A DNA stretch of 64,000 nt from a virus (IMGVR_UViG_3300032295_002982:1-64000); one strand, 5' to 3'; shown: positions 6,795 to 14,145, numbered from the stretch's first letter. Translations and numbers: made by a program. The notes: generated by a model not told the origin, from the sequence alone.

Positions 6795-6872
6795 ACCGCT
6801 TTAGCTCACTTGGATTAGAGCACCGTGCTACGAACGCGGGGGTAGGGAGTTCGAGTCTCTCAGGCGGTACCA
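6795..6872 (+). tRNA. trnR: tRNA-Arg(ACG)
   Basis: Cloverleaf, CT-ACG-AA, CCA. Confidence 0.95.
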
Positions 6873-6873
6873 T

Positions 6874-6958
6874 GCCTCGGTGGTGAAATAGGTATACACG
6901 ACGGACTTAAAATCCGTTTCCGCAAGGAGTGCCGGTTCAATTCCGGCTCGAGGCACCA
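6874..6958 (+). tRNA. trnL: tRNA-Leu(TAA)
   Basis: Class II cloverleaf, CT-TAA-AA, CCA. Confidence 0.95.
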
Positions 6959-6964
6959 AGTATT

Positions 6965-7042
6965 GGCACGTTAGCATAGTTGGCCTAATGCGCTGGCCTG
7001 TCACGCCAGAGACCACGGGTTCGAATCCCGTACGTGTCGCCA
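6965..7042 (+). tRNA. trnD: tRNA-Asp(GTC)
   Basis: Cloverleaf, CT-GTC-AC, G73, CCA. Confidence 0.95.
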
Positions 7043-7063
7043 TTTTTAAGGATAATTATTGAC

Positions 7064-7918
7064 ATGAAAATATCTACACACTCCAACGGTTGGACACAGT
7101 TTGTTGAAGATCTTGATCTTCGCGAAGCCACTGACGAACAGGCACAGACCATAGGTCGTTTGTTGGCCGAACACACCGTGGTTGTGATACGTGGTCAAGA
7201 CTTGACTCCTAGGCAGGAAGTTGAATTTTGTAAAAAAATTGGCAATCTTGAAAGTCTAGAACGCAGAAAGAATGACAAAGGCTTTGACGGATTCATTGTG
7301 CCGGACAGCGACTATCATGTGATGCGAGTTACAGGCGAACTAGATGAACATGGTAGACCTGGCTTGTTTGGTCATGTGAGTGATCTTGACTGGCATGCCA
7401 ATCAAACTGCCAACGAGTGGCGACATCCCATTGTGTGGCTGTATGGTGTCAAAGGCACTGCGGGCAGCCGCACCAGTTGGTTAAACAACATCATGAGCTA
7501 TCAAGATTTGCCACCGGAACTACAGGAAGCCTACAAAGAAATTCGCATGATCAATGGCTACAAGCAAGGCGCCTACAGTGAAGATCACTTTGGCAAACCC
7601 ATTGACATCAATTTTACCTACAAGCCCCGACTGGTACACACAAACTTGGCAGGCAAGACCGGATTGTTTTTTCCCTTCCTGCAGATTCATCAGATCGATG
7701 GCATGACCGAAGATCAAAGTCGTGAATTTATAGAAATGCTGCGAGATCATGTGCTACAAGAAAAATACATGTACCATCATGACTGGCAAGATGGCGACAT
7801 TGTGATCGCTGAACAGTGGTTGGGCATTCACAAACGGTGGAGATGCGAAACCATAGCCACTCGCAGGCTGCATAGAATCTGTTTGGACTTTGCTCATTGT
7901 GGCTTTGACTTGGCTTGA
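7064..7918 (+). CDS. TauD/TfdA-family Fe(II)/2OG dioxygenase
   Basis: HTVVVIRGQDLTP, DWHAN, TSWLN, WQDGDIVI..QW..IH.R; start set at ATG 7064 after AAGGA. Confidence 0.8.
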   Translation: MKISTHSNGWTQFVEDLDLREATDEQAQTIGRLLAEHTVVVIRGQDLTPRQEVEFCKKIGNLESLERRKNDKGFDGFIVPDSDYHVMRVTGELDEHGRPGLFGHVSDLDWHANQTANEWRHPIVWLYGVKGTAGSRTSWLNNIMSYQDLPPELQEAYKEIRMINGYKQGAYSEDHFGKPIDINFTYKPRLVHTNLAGKTGLFFPFLQIHQIDGMTEDQSREFIEMLRDHVLQEKYMYHHDWQDGDIVIAEQWLGIHKRWRCETIATRRLHRICLDFAHCGFDLA

Positions 7919-8654
7919 TTACGCAACGACCAAGGTTTGGCTGCTGCATGTAGCCACTGCGGTCACGGTGTTTTTTATGCCACCTGTGTGGATACTGGTG
8001 GCAATTGTGTTTTACTGGGCAGCATCGTCTATTTTTCAATTGATATTTCATGACTGGATCTGTCATGAATATTGTAGGCCGCGCAACATCTGGATAGAGT
8101 GTGCGATGCTGATGCTGTTTTACGCACATGACAACAATGTAAGAAACAAAAAGAACTATCATGTGTTTCATCATCGTCAATGGCATCATCCTGACCGTGA
8201 TCCTACCTATCGCAAACTACAAGGTGTGAGCCTTGGGCGCTATATCATGGGCCTACACAATCGTCTTGATCTTGGCATTCCCAACAAAGAATTCAGTCTG
8301 CTAGAGCGCAGCAGCCTGGTGCGTTGGTTAGATCCTCACAGTCGCTGGCTTTACTTTGCATGGATTGTGGGTTGTGCCTTGGTGTTGCCATGGACATGGT
8401 TTGTGGTTGTTTGTGTCTGGTATCCTTGGTTGCTGCATGTGGCTTTGTGTTATCATGATTGGCACCTTCATGGACCACAACGTAGACCGGATCGCAATTG
8501 GATGAGCTTGTTGTTTGCACACGGTGCCTGGCATCATGCACATCACGAATCATGGCGTCAAGAACACTATGGACCCGGTGTGTGGCGATGGATCAATCCG
8601 GCCTGGTATGTGCGACACCTGTTGTTTAGAAAAAACTCTGCTCCGGTAGTTTAA
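7890..8654 (+). CDS. Membrane fatty-acid desaturase/hydroxylase-like protein
   Basis: Transmembrane segments plus His boxes HDWICH, HVFHH, HDWHLH, HHAHH; start uncertain; stop lies inside the next tRNA. Confidence 0.7.
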   Translation: MLIVALTWLDYATTKVWLLHVATAVTVFFMPPVWILVAIVFYWAASSIFQLIFHDWICHEYCRPRNIWIECAMLMLFYAHDNNVRNKKNYHVFHHRQWHHPDRDPTYRKLQGVSLGRYIMGLHNRLDLGIPNKEFSLLERSSLVRWLDPHSRWLYFAWIVGCALVLPWTWFVVVCVWYPWLLHVALCYHDWHLHGPQRRPDRNWMSLLFAHGAWHHAHHESWRQEHYGPGVWRWINPAWYVRHLLFRKNSAPVV

Positions 8655-8730
8655 TGGTAAAACAGCGGATTTATATCCCGTAGCGTCAGATAAACGGCCA
8701 ATACAGGTTCAAATCCTGTCCGGAGTACCA
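8640..8730 (+). tRNA. tRNA with TAT anticodon (nominal Ile) and long class-II variable arm
   Basis: GCTCCGG/CCGGAGT-A-CCA; loop TT-TAT-AT with A31-C39 mismatch; V-arm CGT-CAGATAA-ACG. Confidence 0.8.
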
Positions 8731-8735
8731 CTCAG

Positions 8736-8763
8736 TTGACAATAAATAGAATTCCTGTATAAT
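8736..8763 (+). promoter_or_regulatory. sigma70-type promoter
   Basis: TTGACA-16-TATAAT. Confidence 0.75.
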
Positions 8764-8772
8764 AGCATCACA

Positions 8773-8846
8773 GCCCTTTTAGTTAAATGGTATAACAGTT
8801 GATTTGTAATCATCTATTGGCAGTTCGATTCTGTCAAAGGGCACCA
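8773..8846 (+). tRNA. trnT: tRNA-Thr(TGT)
   Basis: Cloverleaf, TT-TGT-AA, CCA. Confidence 0.93.
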
Positions 8847-9043
8847 GAACCTCGCAGGCCCTTCTGCGCAATTAAAGGGGGTGATTGGCTTCACCATAAC
8901 GCCAGGGCGCATACGATCGCAGCCTCAAAGCCCGCTTACATGGGTGATAGAAAAATCGTAGGTTTAGCTGGCACGAGCCATAAGGACCGTCAGGGGACAG
9001 GGCGACAACTCAGTCCGGGGCTGATGAGGATCAGTAGCCGGAC
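8847..9043 (+). ncRNA. Structured ncRNA, copy B (same 3' module as 6381-6597)
   Basis: GGACAGGGCGACAACTCAG followed by a GTCCGG...CCGGAC stem. Confidence 0.55.
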
Positions 9044-9071
9044 ACTTATTTCAAAATGGTAAATAAAACTG

Positions 9072-9100
9072 TTGACAATAAATTTGTGATGCTATATACT
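9072..9100 (+). promoter_or_regulatory. sigma70-type promoter (leaderless start predicted at ATG 9107)
   Basis: TTGACA-17-TATACT; ATG 7 nt after the -10. Confidence 0.85.
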
Positions 9101-9106
9101 ATTGAC

Positions 9107-9211
9107 ATGATGACGTTGCTGAAAAACTTGCTCAAGCCCAATAACTGCCCAGCACTAGCCTGGTCACGCGGCTTGACCATGGGCAATTTTAGTCAAGGAG
9201 TGGGGTCTTAG
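9107..9211 (+). CDS. Putative attenuator leader peptide 2 (34 aa)
   Basis: MMTLLKNLLKPNNCPALAWSRGLTMGNFSQGVGS*. The stop codon lies in the antiterminator 5' strand. Confidence 0.65.
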   Translation: MMTLLKNLLKPNNCPALAWSRGLTMGNFSQGVGS

Positions 9212-9248
9212 AATAACTGAATCACAAAACAGATTCAAATATTCAAAG

Positions 9249-9282
9249 ACCCTGGAAGTAAAAACTCCAGGGTTTTTTGTTT
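9249..9282 (+). terminator. Attenuator terminator 2
   Basis: ACCCTGGA-AGTAAAAAC-TCCAGGGT-TTTTTGTTT. Confidence 0.88.
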
Positions 9283-9476
9283 CAAAGTGTGAGGCAACGA
9301 GGGCCTATCCCGCACTCAAAACATGGGACAACGGGCGGTACCGAGGATGAAACTGCTGGCGGTAACAGCATAGTAAAATTCGGTATGTGTAAGTGCGTTC
9401 TTGCGAGTGCATTTACACATACACATTCACATGAATGTGTGAGTTTGATTGTTGTTGAGAGCATCAAGCAAGACAG

Positions 9477-9551
9477 GTCCGGGTAGCTCAGAGGCAGAGC
9501 ACTGTGTTGATAACGCAGGGGTCAAGATATCGTAATTCTTCCTGGACACCA
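9477..9551 (+). tRNA. trnI: tRNA-Ile(GAT) with atypical T-loop
   Basis: TT-GAT-AA anticodon loop; T-arm AAGAT-ATCGTAA-TTCTT. Confidence 0.8.
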
Positions 9552-9557
9552 AACAAT

Positions 9558-9631
9558 TCCGGAGTGGTGTAATGGCAGCGCCGCGGTCTCCAAAACCGCT
9601 AGTGGGGGTTCGATTCCCTCCTCCGGAGCCA
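9558..9631 (+). tRNA. trnW: tRNA-Trp(CCA)
   Basis: Cloverleaf, CT-CCA-AA, G73, CCA. Confidence 0.95.
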
Positions 9632-9738
9632 TACATGGCAGTGACAATTTGGCCTTTGACTGGCTTGAGAGGAAACTGAGAAAACCCTCAAGATCGGCAT
9701 CCTTGTGTGCTCAGTTGACCACTGCAGATGTATTTACT

Positions 9739-9813
9739 GGGCTGTTAGTTAAATTGGGATAACACCGCGTTTGCACCGCGGAATAGGCAGTTCGAATCTG
9801 CCACGGTCCACCA
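9739..9813 (+). tRNA. trnA: tRNA-Ala(TGC)
   Basis: G3:U70 pair, TT-TGC-AC, CCA. Confidence 0.95.
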
Positions 9814-9824
9814 AAGGAGATAGC

Positions 9825-10109
9825 ATGGTAATATATCGTGTGCCGCATGCCTACTTGAATGACTATGAAATGATTGGGCAGCGATTGCAAGTTTTGACTG
9901 ACATGAAACGCAGAGACATTGATCACCAAGAACAACTGGAACTGTCCAAACTCATGGCCATACAGGAATCACATAGACTGTTGCGAAACTACAACTATGA
10001 CAAGGACACAGAATTTTTGCGTCAGTATGCTTATGGTGAGAGCATCAAAGAACAGAGATTGATCAAGCGTTCCAGTGCCATTGGCATGAACATTGACAGA
10101 TACATTTAA
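9825..10109 (+). CDS. Hypothetical protein (94 aa)
   Basis: AAAGGAG RBS before ATG 9825. Confidence 0.65.
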   Translation: MVIYRVPHAYLNDYEMIGQRLQVLTDMKRRDIDHQEQLELSKLMAIQESHRLLRNYNYDKDTEFLRQYAYGESIKEQRLIKRSSAIGMNIDRYI

Positions 10110-10116
10110 AAATTAT

Positions 10117-10193
10117 TGACCAGTAGCACAGCCGGTAGTTGCGCCTGACTGTTAATCAGGATGTCGGTGGTTCGAGCCCACCCTGGTCAGCCA
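10117..10193 (+). tRNA. trnN: tRNA-Asn(GTT)
   Basis: Cloverleaf, CT-GTT-AA, G73, CCA. Confidence 0.95.
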
Positions 10194-10199
10194 TATATT

Positions 10200-10273
10200 G
10201 CGGGTATGGTGTAATGGTAACCCGAGACCTTGCCAAGGTTTAGTTGAGAGTTCGATTCTCTCTACCCGCTCCA
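10200..10273 (+). tRNA. trnG: tRNA-Gly(GCC)
   Basis: Cloverleaf, TT-GCC-AA, U73, CCA. Confidence 0.95.
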
Positions 10274-10280
10274 ATATCAC

Positions 10281-10356
10281 GGTGCTTTAGCTGATGTGGT
10301 CATAGCAGCGGTCTGAAGAGCCGCGGAACGTGGTTCGATCCCACGAGGCACCACCA
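10281..10356 (+). tRNA. trnF: tRNA-Phe(GAA)
   Basis: Cloverleaf, CT-GAA-GA, CCA. Confidence 0.93.
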
Positions 10357-10368
10357 TACGGAGACTAT

Positions 10369-11061
10369 ATGCAAAAATCCTTGGCTTTTATTGGCACCAG
10401 AACCGGTGCTGATGGCGTGATCCTGGCTGCAAAGTTGGCTGGCATACCCATAGCCGGTTGGTTTGATCGTTTCTATCACGGTAACCAAGACAGTTTTCAA
10501 GAATTGCCAATACTGGGCAGTGATCTAGAAATCACTGAGCAACACCGTGATCAATATCAGTTCTTTTTGGCCAGCCACTATGCAGGTCATAGCAGCACTG
10601 CTAATCCTGAACAAAATGGTTTGGCTTTGAGACGACAGCGCATTCAAATGATACGTGATTTAGAACTTCCACTGGCCAACATCATTCATCCAGCTGCCTA
10701 TGTTGACCCTTCAGCTGAACTGGGCCGTGGCATTTATCTTGCCTACAACTCAGTGACCTGTGCAAGGTGTTATGTGGGAGATTTCAGTTATCTGTGTTTC
10801 TCGACTGCCATAGGGCATGACGTGATTCTGGAGGGCAATAATCTATTGCTGGCACACTGCATGGTGGGCGGCAATGTAACATTCAAACAAGATGCCTTTG
10901 CTGGCATGAACAGCACTGTGGCACCGCGATCAGGACAACGCCTTGTTATAGGTGAAGCTGCAAAAATTGCCGCAGGTGCAGTGGTATACGACGATGTTGA
11001 GCCAAATCAGTTTGTGAGCTTTGAAGGACGTCGTAGACGCAAACTGGATGCAGATTTTTAA
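10369..11061 (+). CDS. NeuD/PglD-family sugar acetyltransferase (hexapeptide repeat)
   Basis: LANIIHPAAYVDPSAELGRG, IGHD, left-handed beta-helix repeats, IAAGAVV; GGAG RBS. Confidence 0.85.
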   Translation: MQKSLAFIGTRTGADGVILAAKLAGIPIAGWFDRFYHGNQDSFQELPILGSDLEITEQHRDQYQFFLASHYAGHSSTANPEQNGLALRRQRIQMIRDLELPLANIIHPAAYVDPSAELGRGIYLAYNSVTCARCYVGDFSYLCFSTAIGHDVILEGNNLLLAHCMVGGNVTFKQDAFAGMNSTVAPRSGQRLVIGEAAKIAAGAVVYDDVEPNQFVSFEGRRRRKLDADF

Positions 11062-11193
11062 CAAGGAGAAACTATCATGGGGCGGTGACAGTTATAGTGG
11101 GTGTGATTTGGTTTCTTTTCGTAATACATCGTAATTTCAAATAAGGAGAGTCCGCATGGACAGTGACAAGACAGACGGCGGTCCCAAACGCAT

Positions 11194-11270
11194 GGGTGCG
11201 TAACTCAACTGGTTAGAGTAATCGGCTTTTAACCGATAAGTTGTGAGTTCGAGTCTCACCGCACCCACCA
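11194..11270 (+). tRNA. trnK: tRNA-Lys(TTT)
   Basis: Cloverleaf, CT-TTT-AA, CCA. Confidence 0.95.
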
Positions 11271-11334
11271 TATAAAAGCACATCGTAAACGTATCGCGTA
11301 CGAAAGCTGGCCAGGCTGGTGTGCTTCTATATGG
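11268..11334 (+). other. Inter-RNA spacer hairpin, copy B
   Basis: CCATATAAAAGCACATC / GGTGTGCTTCTATATGG. Confidence 0.7.
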
Positions 11335-11407
11335 TAATGTAGCATAACGGTAGTGCAGCGCCTTCATACGGCGTACAGTGAAAGTTCAACTCTTTCCATT
11401 ACCACCA
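11333..11407 (+). tRNA. trnM: tRNA-Met(CAT), elongator type (Ile2 not excluded)
   Basis: Paired G1-C72, TT-CAT-AC, CCA. Confidence 0.88.
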
Positions 11408-11421
11408 GTGTAAATACAAAC

Positions 11422-11667
11422 ATGAAAGAACTTTTGCAAAAACTTCCGCAGATTCTGGCCATGATGCCCGAAATCGTCAAGTATCTCAAGTATCTGCCCA
11501 TTATCATGGTGCTGGCAGGTATAGGGTATGCTGCGTTTTATTTTGTGGAAAACAAGCGAGATCCTTTCCGATGCGTAAACAATCAGGTATTTGAACAGTT
11601 GAGAGTGGACAGTGATGTCTACATTTTCAAAGGTGAAACCTGTGTAGACGCCAAGGATCTACAGTAG
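11422..11667 (+). CDS. Small membrane protein (81 aa)
   Basis: One transmembrane helix, TAAATA upstream. Confidence 0.6.
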   Translation: MKELLQKLPQILAMMPEIVKYLKYLPIIMVLAGIGYAAFYFVENKRDPFRCVNNQVFEQLRVDSDVYIFKGETCVDAKDLQ

Positions 11668-11673
11668 ATCAAT

Positions 11674-11748
11674 TGGGGATTCGTCAAGCGGTAAGACAGC
11701 GGATTTTGATTCCGCCATGCGGGGGTTCGAATCCCTCATCCCCTACCA
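11674..11748 (+). tRNA. trnQ: tRNA-Gln(TTG)
   Basis: TT-TTG-AT, U1-U72 mismatch, CCA. Confidence 0.92.
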
Positions 11749-11820
11749 TTTTCAAGGAGAAAGCCATGACTACCGAACAGTATTGGCAGTGGATTCATGA
11801 CAATGTGCAATGACTTCCGT

Positions 11821-11896
11821 GGTGACCTTAGTGTAGTGGTCTGCACCTCTCGCTGTGACCGAGATAGTATCGGTTCGATCCCGATAGGTTACCCCA
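11821..11896 (+). tRNA. trnH: tRNA-His(GTG)
   Basis: G-1/C73, CT-GTG-AC, CCA. Confidence 0.94.
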
Positions 11897-11897
11897 A

Positions 11898-12329
11898 ATG
11901 AAACTAGACAGTTCACTGCTGTCACAGGCCTGTGAGCCCGTGACATTTGAAAATGCTCGACGCAATCTTGATCTTGCTCATCAATTGCTGCGACTCATGC
12001 GGCGAGAAAATGGCATGGGTCTGGCTGCTAATCAAGTGGGCATTGATCAAAGAGTGTTTGTGATGGCCGTGGATTCAGTTTATCGTCACTGTTTCAATCC
12101 TGAAATTATCAGCAGCAGCGACCAACAGGTGGTCCTGCGTGAAGGTTGTTTGAGCTTTCCCGGTGAATTTTGTGAAATTGAGCGACCTGCCAGTGTGCAG
12201 GTGCGATACCAAGATGCCTGGGGCAAGGTACATGAAGAAACACTCACAGGCTGGCACAGTCGTTGTTTTCAACACGAACTTGATCACCTCAACGGTGTTA
12301 CCATGTGGGATCTGATCACAAAGAATTAA
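11898..12329 (+). CDS. def: Peptide deformylase
   Basis: GMGLAANQVG, EGCLS, QHELDHLNG. Confidence 0.95.
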   Translation: MKLDSSLLSQACEPVTFENARRNLDLAHQLLRLMRRENGMGLAANQVGIDQRVFVMAVDSVYRHCFNPEIISSSDQQVVLREGCLSFPGEFCEIERPASVQVRYQDAWGKVHEETLTGWHSRCFQHELDHLNGVTMWDLITKN

Positions 12330-12493
12330 TAAACCTTACAGCGTCGGCCATGTGTGTGAAATAAAACATGCGCAGTCGTAGCCGTTTAGAATCATACACC
12401 AAGATAAATCCAGTATCGCAATCACTGATACTGAATTGCACTTCAAGACCGTCGGGCATACGGTTGCTATAGGTCTGCATCAGTTATTTACTT

Positions 12494-12569
12494 CGGAGTA
12501 TGGTGTAGCCCGGCAACATACCTGGTTTGGGACCAGGCGTCCAAGGTTCAAATCCTTGTACTCCGACCA
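12494..12569 (+). tRNA. trnP: tRNA-Pro(TGG)
   Basis: Cloverleaf, TT-TGG-GA, CCA. Confidence 0.95.
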
Positions 12570-12575
12570 AGACAT

Positions 12576-12653
12576 GCAACGGTGGCAGAGAGGCCCAATG
12601 CAAGGGACTGCAAATCCCTAAAACCGTCAGTTCGAATCTGACCCGTTGCTCCA
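12576..12653 (+). tRNA. trnC: tRNA-Cys(GCA)
   Basis: Cloverleaf, CT-GCA-AA, U73, CCA. Confidence 0.95.
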
Positions 12654-12659
12654 ATTTTA

Positions 12660-12750
12660 GGAAGCGCAAGCCAACTGGCGATGGCACCTGTCTTGAAAAC
12701 AGTTGAGCGTTAACAGCGCCTTGAGGGTTCGACTCCGTCCGCTTCCGCCA
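12660..12750 (+). tRNA. trnS: tRNA-Ser(TGA)
   Basis: Class II, CT-TGA-AA, G73, CCA. Confidence 0.94.
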
Positions 12751-12758
12751 AATTCCAC

Positions 12759-12787
12759 TTGACAATATATCTAACTTAAAGTAAAAT
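12759..12787 (+). promoter_or_regulatory. sigma70-type promoter
   Basis: TTGACA-17-TAAAAT. Confidence 0.8.
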
Positions 12788-12818
12788 CTAGGTTATACAG
12801 TTTGTTAAGGAGACAGCT

Positions 12819-13022
12819 ATGTCATTGAAAATCAAAGCAGCATTTTATACCTTCTTGAGTTTGGCAATACCGTTTGCCATTGGACTTGGATTGAGCCAAT
12901 TGAGTTGGTGGGCAGTTCCGGCTCTGGGCATTGTTTTTTGTATTGCAGTAATGTATTCGCTGATTTTGACTCGTTTGAAATTTGATTCCGCAGTTGATGA
13001 AATGAGAGATCGCTACAAGTGA
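12819..13022 (+). CDS. Small membrane protein
   Basis: Two hydrophobic helices, AAGGAG RBS. Confidence 0.7.
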   Translation: MSLKIKAAFYTFLSLAIPFAIGLGLSQLSWWAVPALGIVFCIAVMYSLILTRLKFDSAVDEMRDRYK

Positions 13023-13034
13023 TCACCCATAGTT

Positions 13035-13127
13035 GGAAACGTGGCTGAGTGGCCGAAGGCAGCGGTTTGCTAAACCGTCGATCATCTTAACAATGGTCCG
13101 TGGGTTCGAATCCCACCGTTTCCGCCA
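13035..13127 (+). tRNA. trnS: tRNA-Ser(GCT)
   Basis: Class II, TT-GCT-AA, G73, CCA. Confidence 0.95.
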
Positions 13128-13148
13128 AATTTTTTTTTGGAGGTAGTC

Positions 13149-13334
13149 ATGATACGTTTTATAAATTTATTTCCTATCGTTGCGATTGTCGCCATTGTGG
13201 TTAACCTAGTGCTCAGTGTGATGTCAGAAAACTGGGCCGCGGTCAACGCCTACATCATGGCACTGTGCGGCTGGATTGTTTTGGCATACGAAGGTGTGCT
13301 AGAATATCGTGCCATAAAATCAGCCGCTAAGTAA
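13149..13334 (+). CDS. Small membrane protein
   Basis: GGAGG RBS, two transmembrane helices. Confidence 0.65.
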   Translation: MIRFINLFPIVAIVAIVVNLVLSVMSENWAAVNAYIMALCGWIVLAYEGVLEYRAIKSAAK

Positions 13335-13338
13335 TTGC

Positions 13339-13503
13339 ATGATAGTCCCTGGCAAATTTTTATACAAAGACGAACTGGTAATCTGCAACAACGTGCTGCT
13401 AGTGCGCAGGTTTGACGGGCGTGAATATCTCAGTATTCACTATCCAGACAATCCAGCACAGTTTCTAGTGGCACGTGACGAGCTGACTCCAGTGGTAGAA
13501 TAG
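13339..13503 (+). CDS. Hypothetical protein (54 aa, MIVPGKFLYKDELVIC...)
   Basis: Hand-translated ORF filling the gap between the previous CDS and tRNA-Val. Confidence 0.5.
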   Translation: MIVPGKFLYKDELVICNNVLLVRRFDGREYLSIHYPDNPAQFLVARDELTPVVE

Positions 13504-13579
13504 CGCGGTTAACTCAGTTGGCCAGAGTGCCCTCCTTACAAGTGGGAAGTCGGGAGTTCGAATCTCTCACCGCGCACCA
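13503..13579 (+). tRNA. trnV: tRNA-Val(TAC)
   Basis: Cloverleaf, CT-TAC-AA, CCA. Confidence 0.93.
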
Positions 13580-13584
13580 AACCG

Positions 13585-13664
13585 GCCCCGGTGGTGGAAT
13601 GGTAGACACGCTGGTCTTAGAAACCAGTCTTCGGGTGCGAGTTCGAGTCTCGCCTGGGGCACCA
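13585..13664 (+). tRNA. trnL: tRNA-Leu(TAG), very short V-arm
   Basis: CT-TAG-AA, V region TCTTCGGG, A73, CCA. Confidence 0.92.
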
Positions 13665-13687
13665 CTAACTTTCAAGGAAAAACAAAC

Positions 13688-13867
13688 ATGGCGTTCGAAA
13701 CATGGTTGACCGAAGAAGATGTAACAAGACTATATCTAGTGGCTGTGGGCGAACTGCCTGACATACAGGCCACATCAGATGAATTGGAAGAATTTAACAA
13801 AGTGGTTTTACACTCAGCAATGATAAAGATGGGTGGCGAAGGTTACGACTCAGCCACTCTGCACTGA
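13688..13867 (+). CDS. Hypothetical protein (59 aa, MAFETWLTEEDV...)
   Basis: AAGGA RBS, hand-translated. Confidence 0.6.
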   Translation: MAFETWLTEEDVTRLYLVAVGELPDIQATSDELEEFNKVVLHSAMIKMGGEGYDSATLH

Positions 13868-13918
13868 ACTCGCCTTTGTTGACGGCGTACAATAGGACAA
13901 GTAGTCAACAACAGTTTA

Positions 13919-14059
13919 ACGACAAACAATAAACTCTCGCAAGGGCAAAACTCTATTTGGCTCTTATTGCAATCTAGATAGACAGTTGCGTGGGTGTGAG
14001 GCCTACGACAGCGCACTGATTGCGTCCACACGCCTTGGGGATATCAGATTGTTTGTTGT
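13919..14059 (+). ncRNA. Candidate structured ncRNA
   Basis: 12-bp closing stem ACGACAAACAAT/ATTGTTTGTTGT with several internal hairpins. Confidence 0.4.
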
Positions 14060-14068
14060 ATTTTTCAA

Positions 14069-14145
14069 CGGTGTGTGGCGCAGCCTGGTAGCGCACTTGC
14101 ATGGGGTGCAAGGGGTCGCAAGTTCGAATCTTGCTACACCGACCA
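14069..14145 (+). tRNA. trnP: tRNA-Pro(GGG)
   Basis: Cloverleaf, AT-GGG-GT, CCA. Confidence 0.94.
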
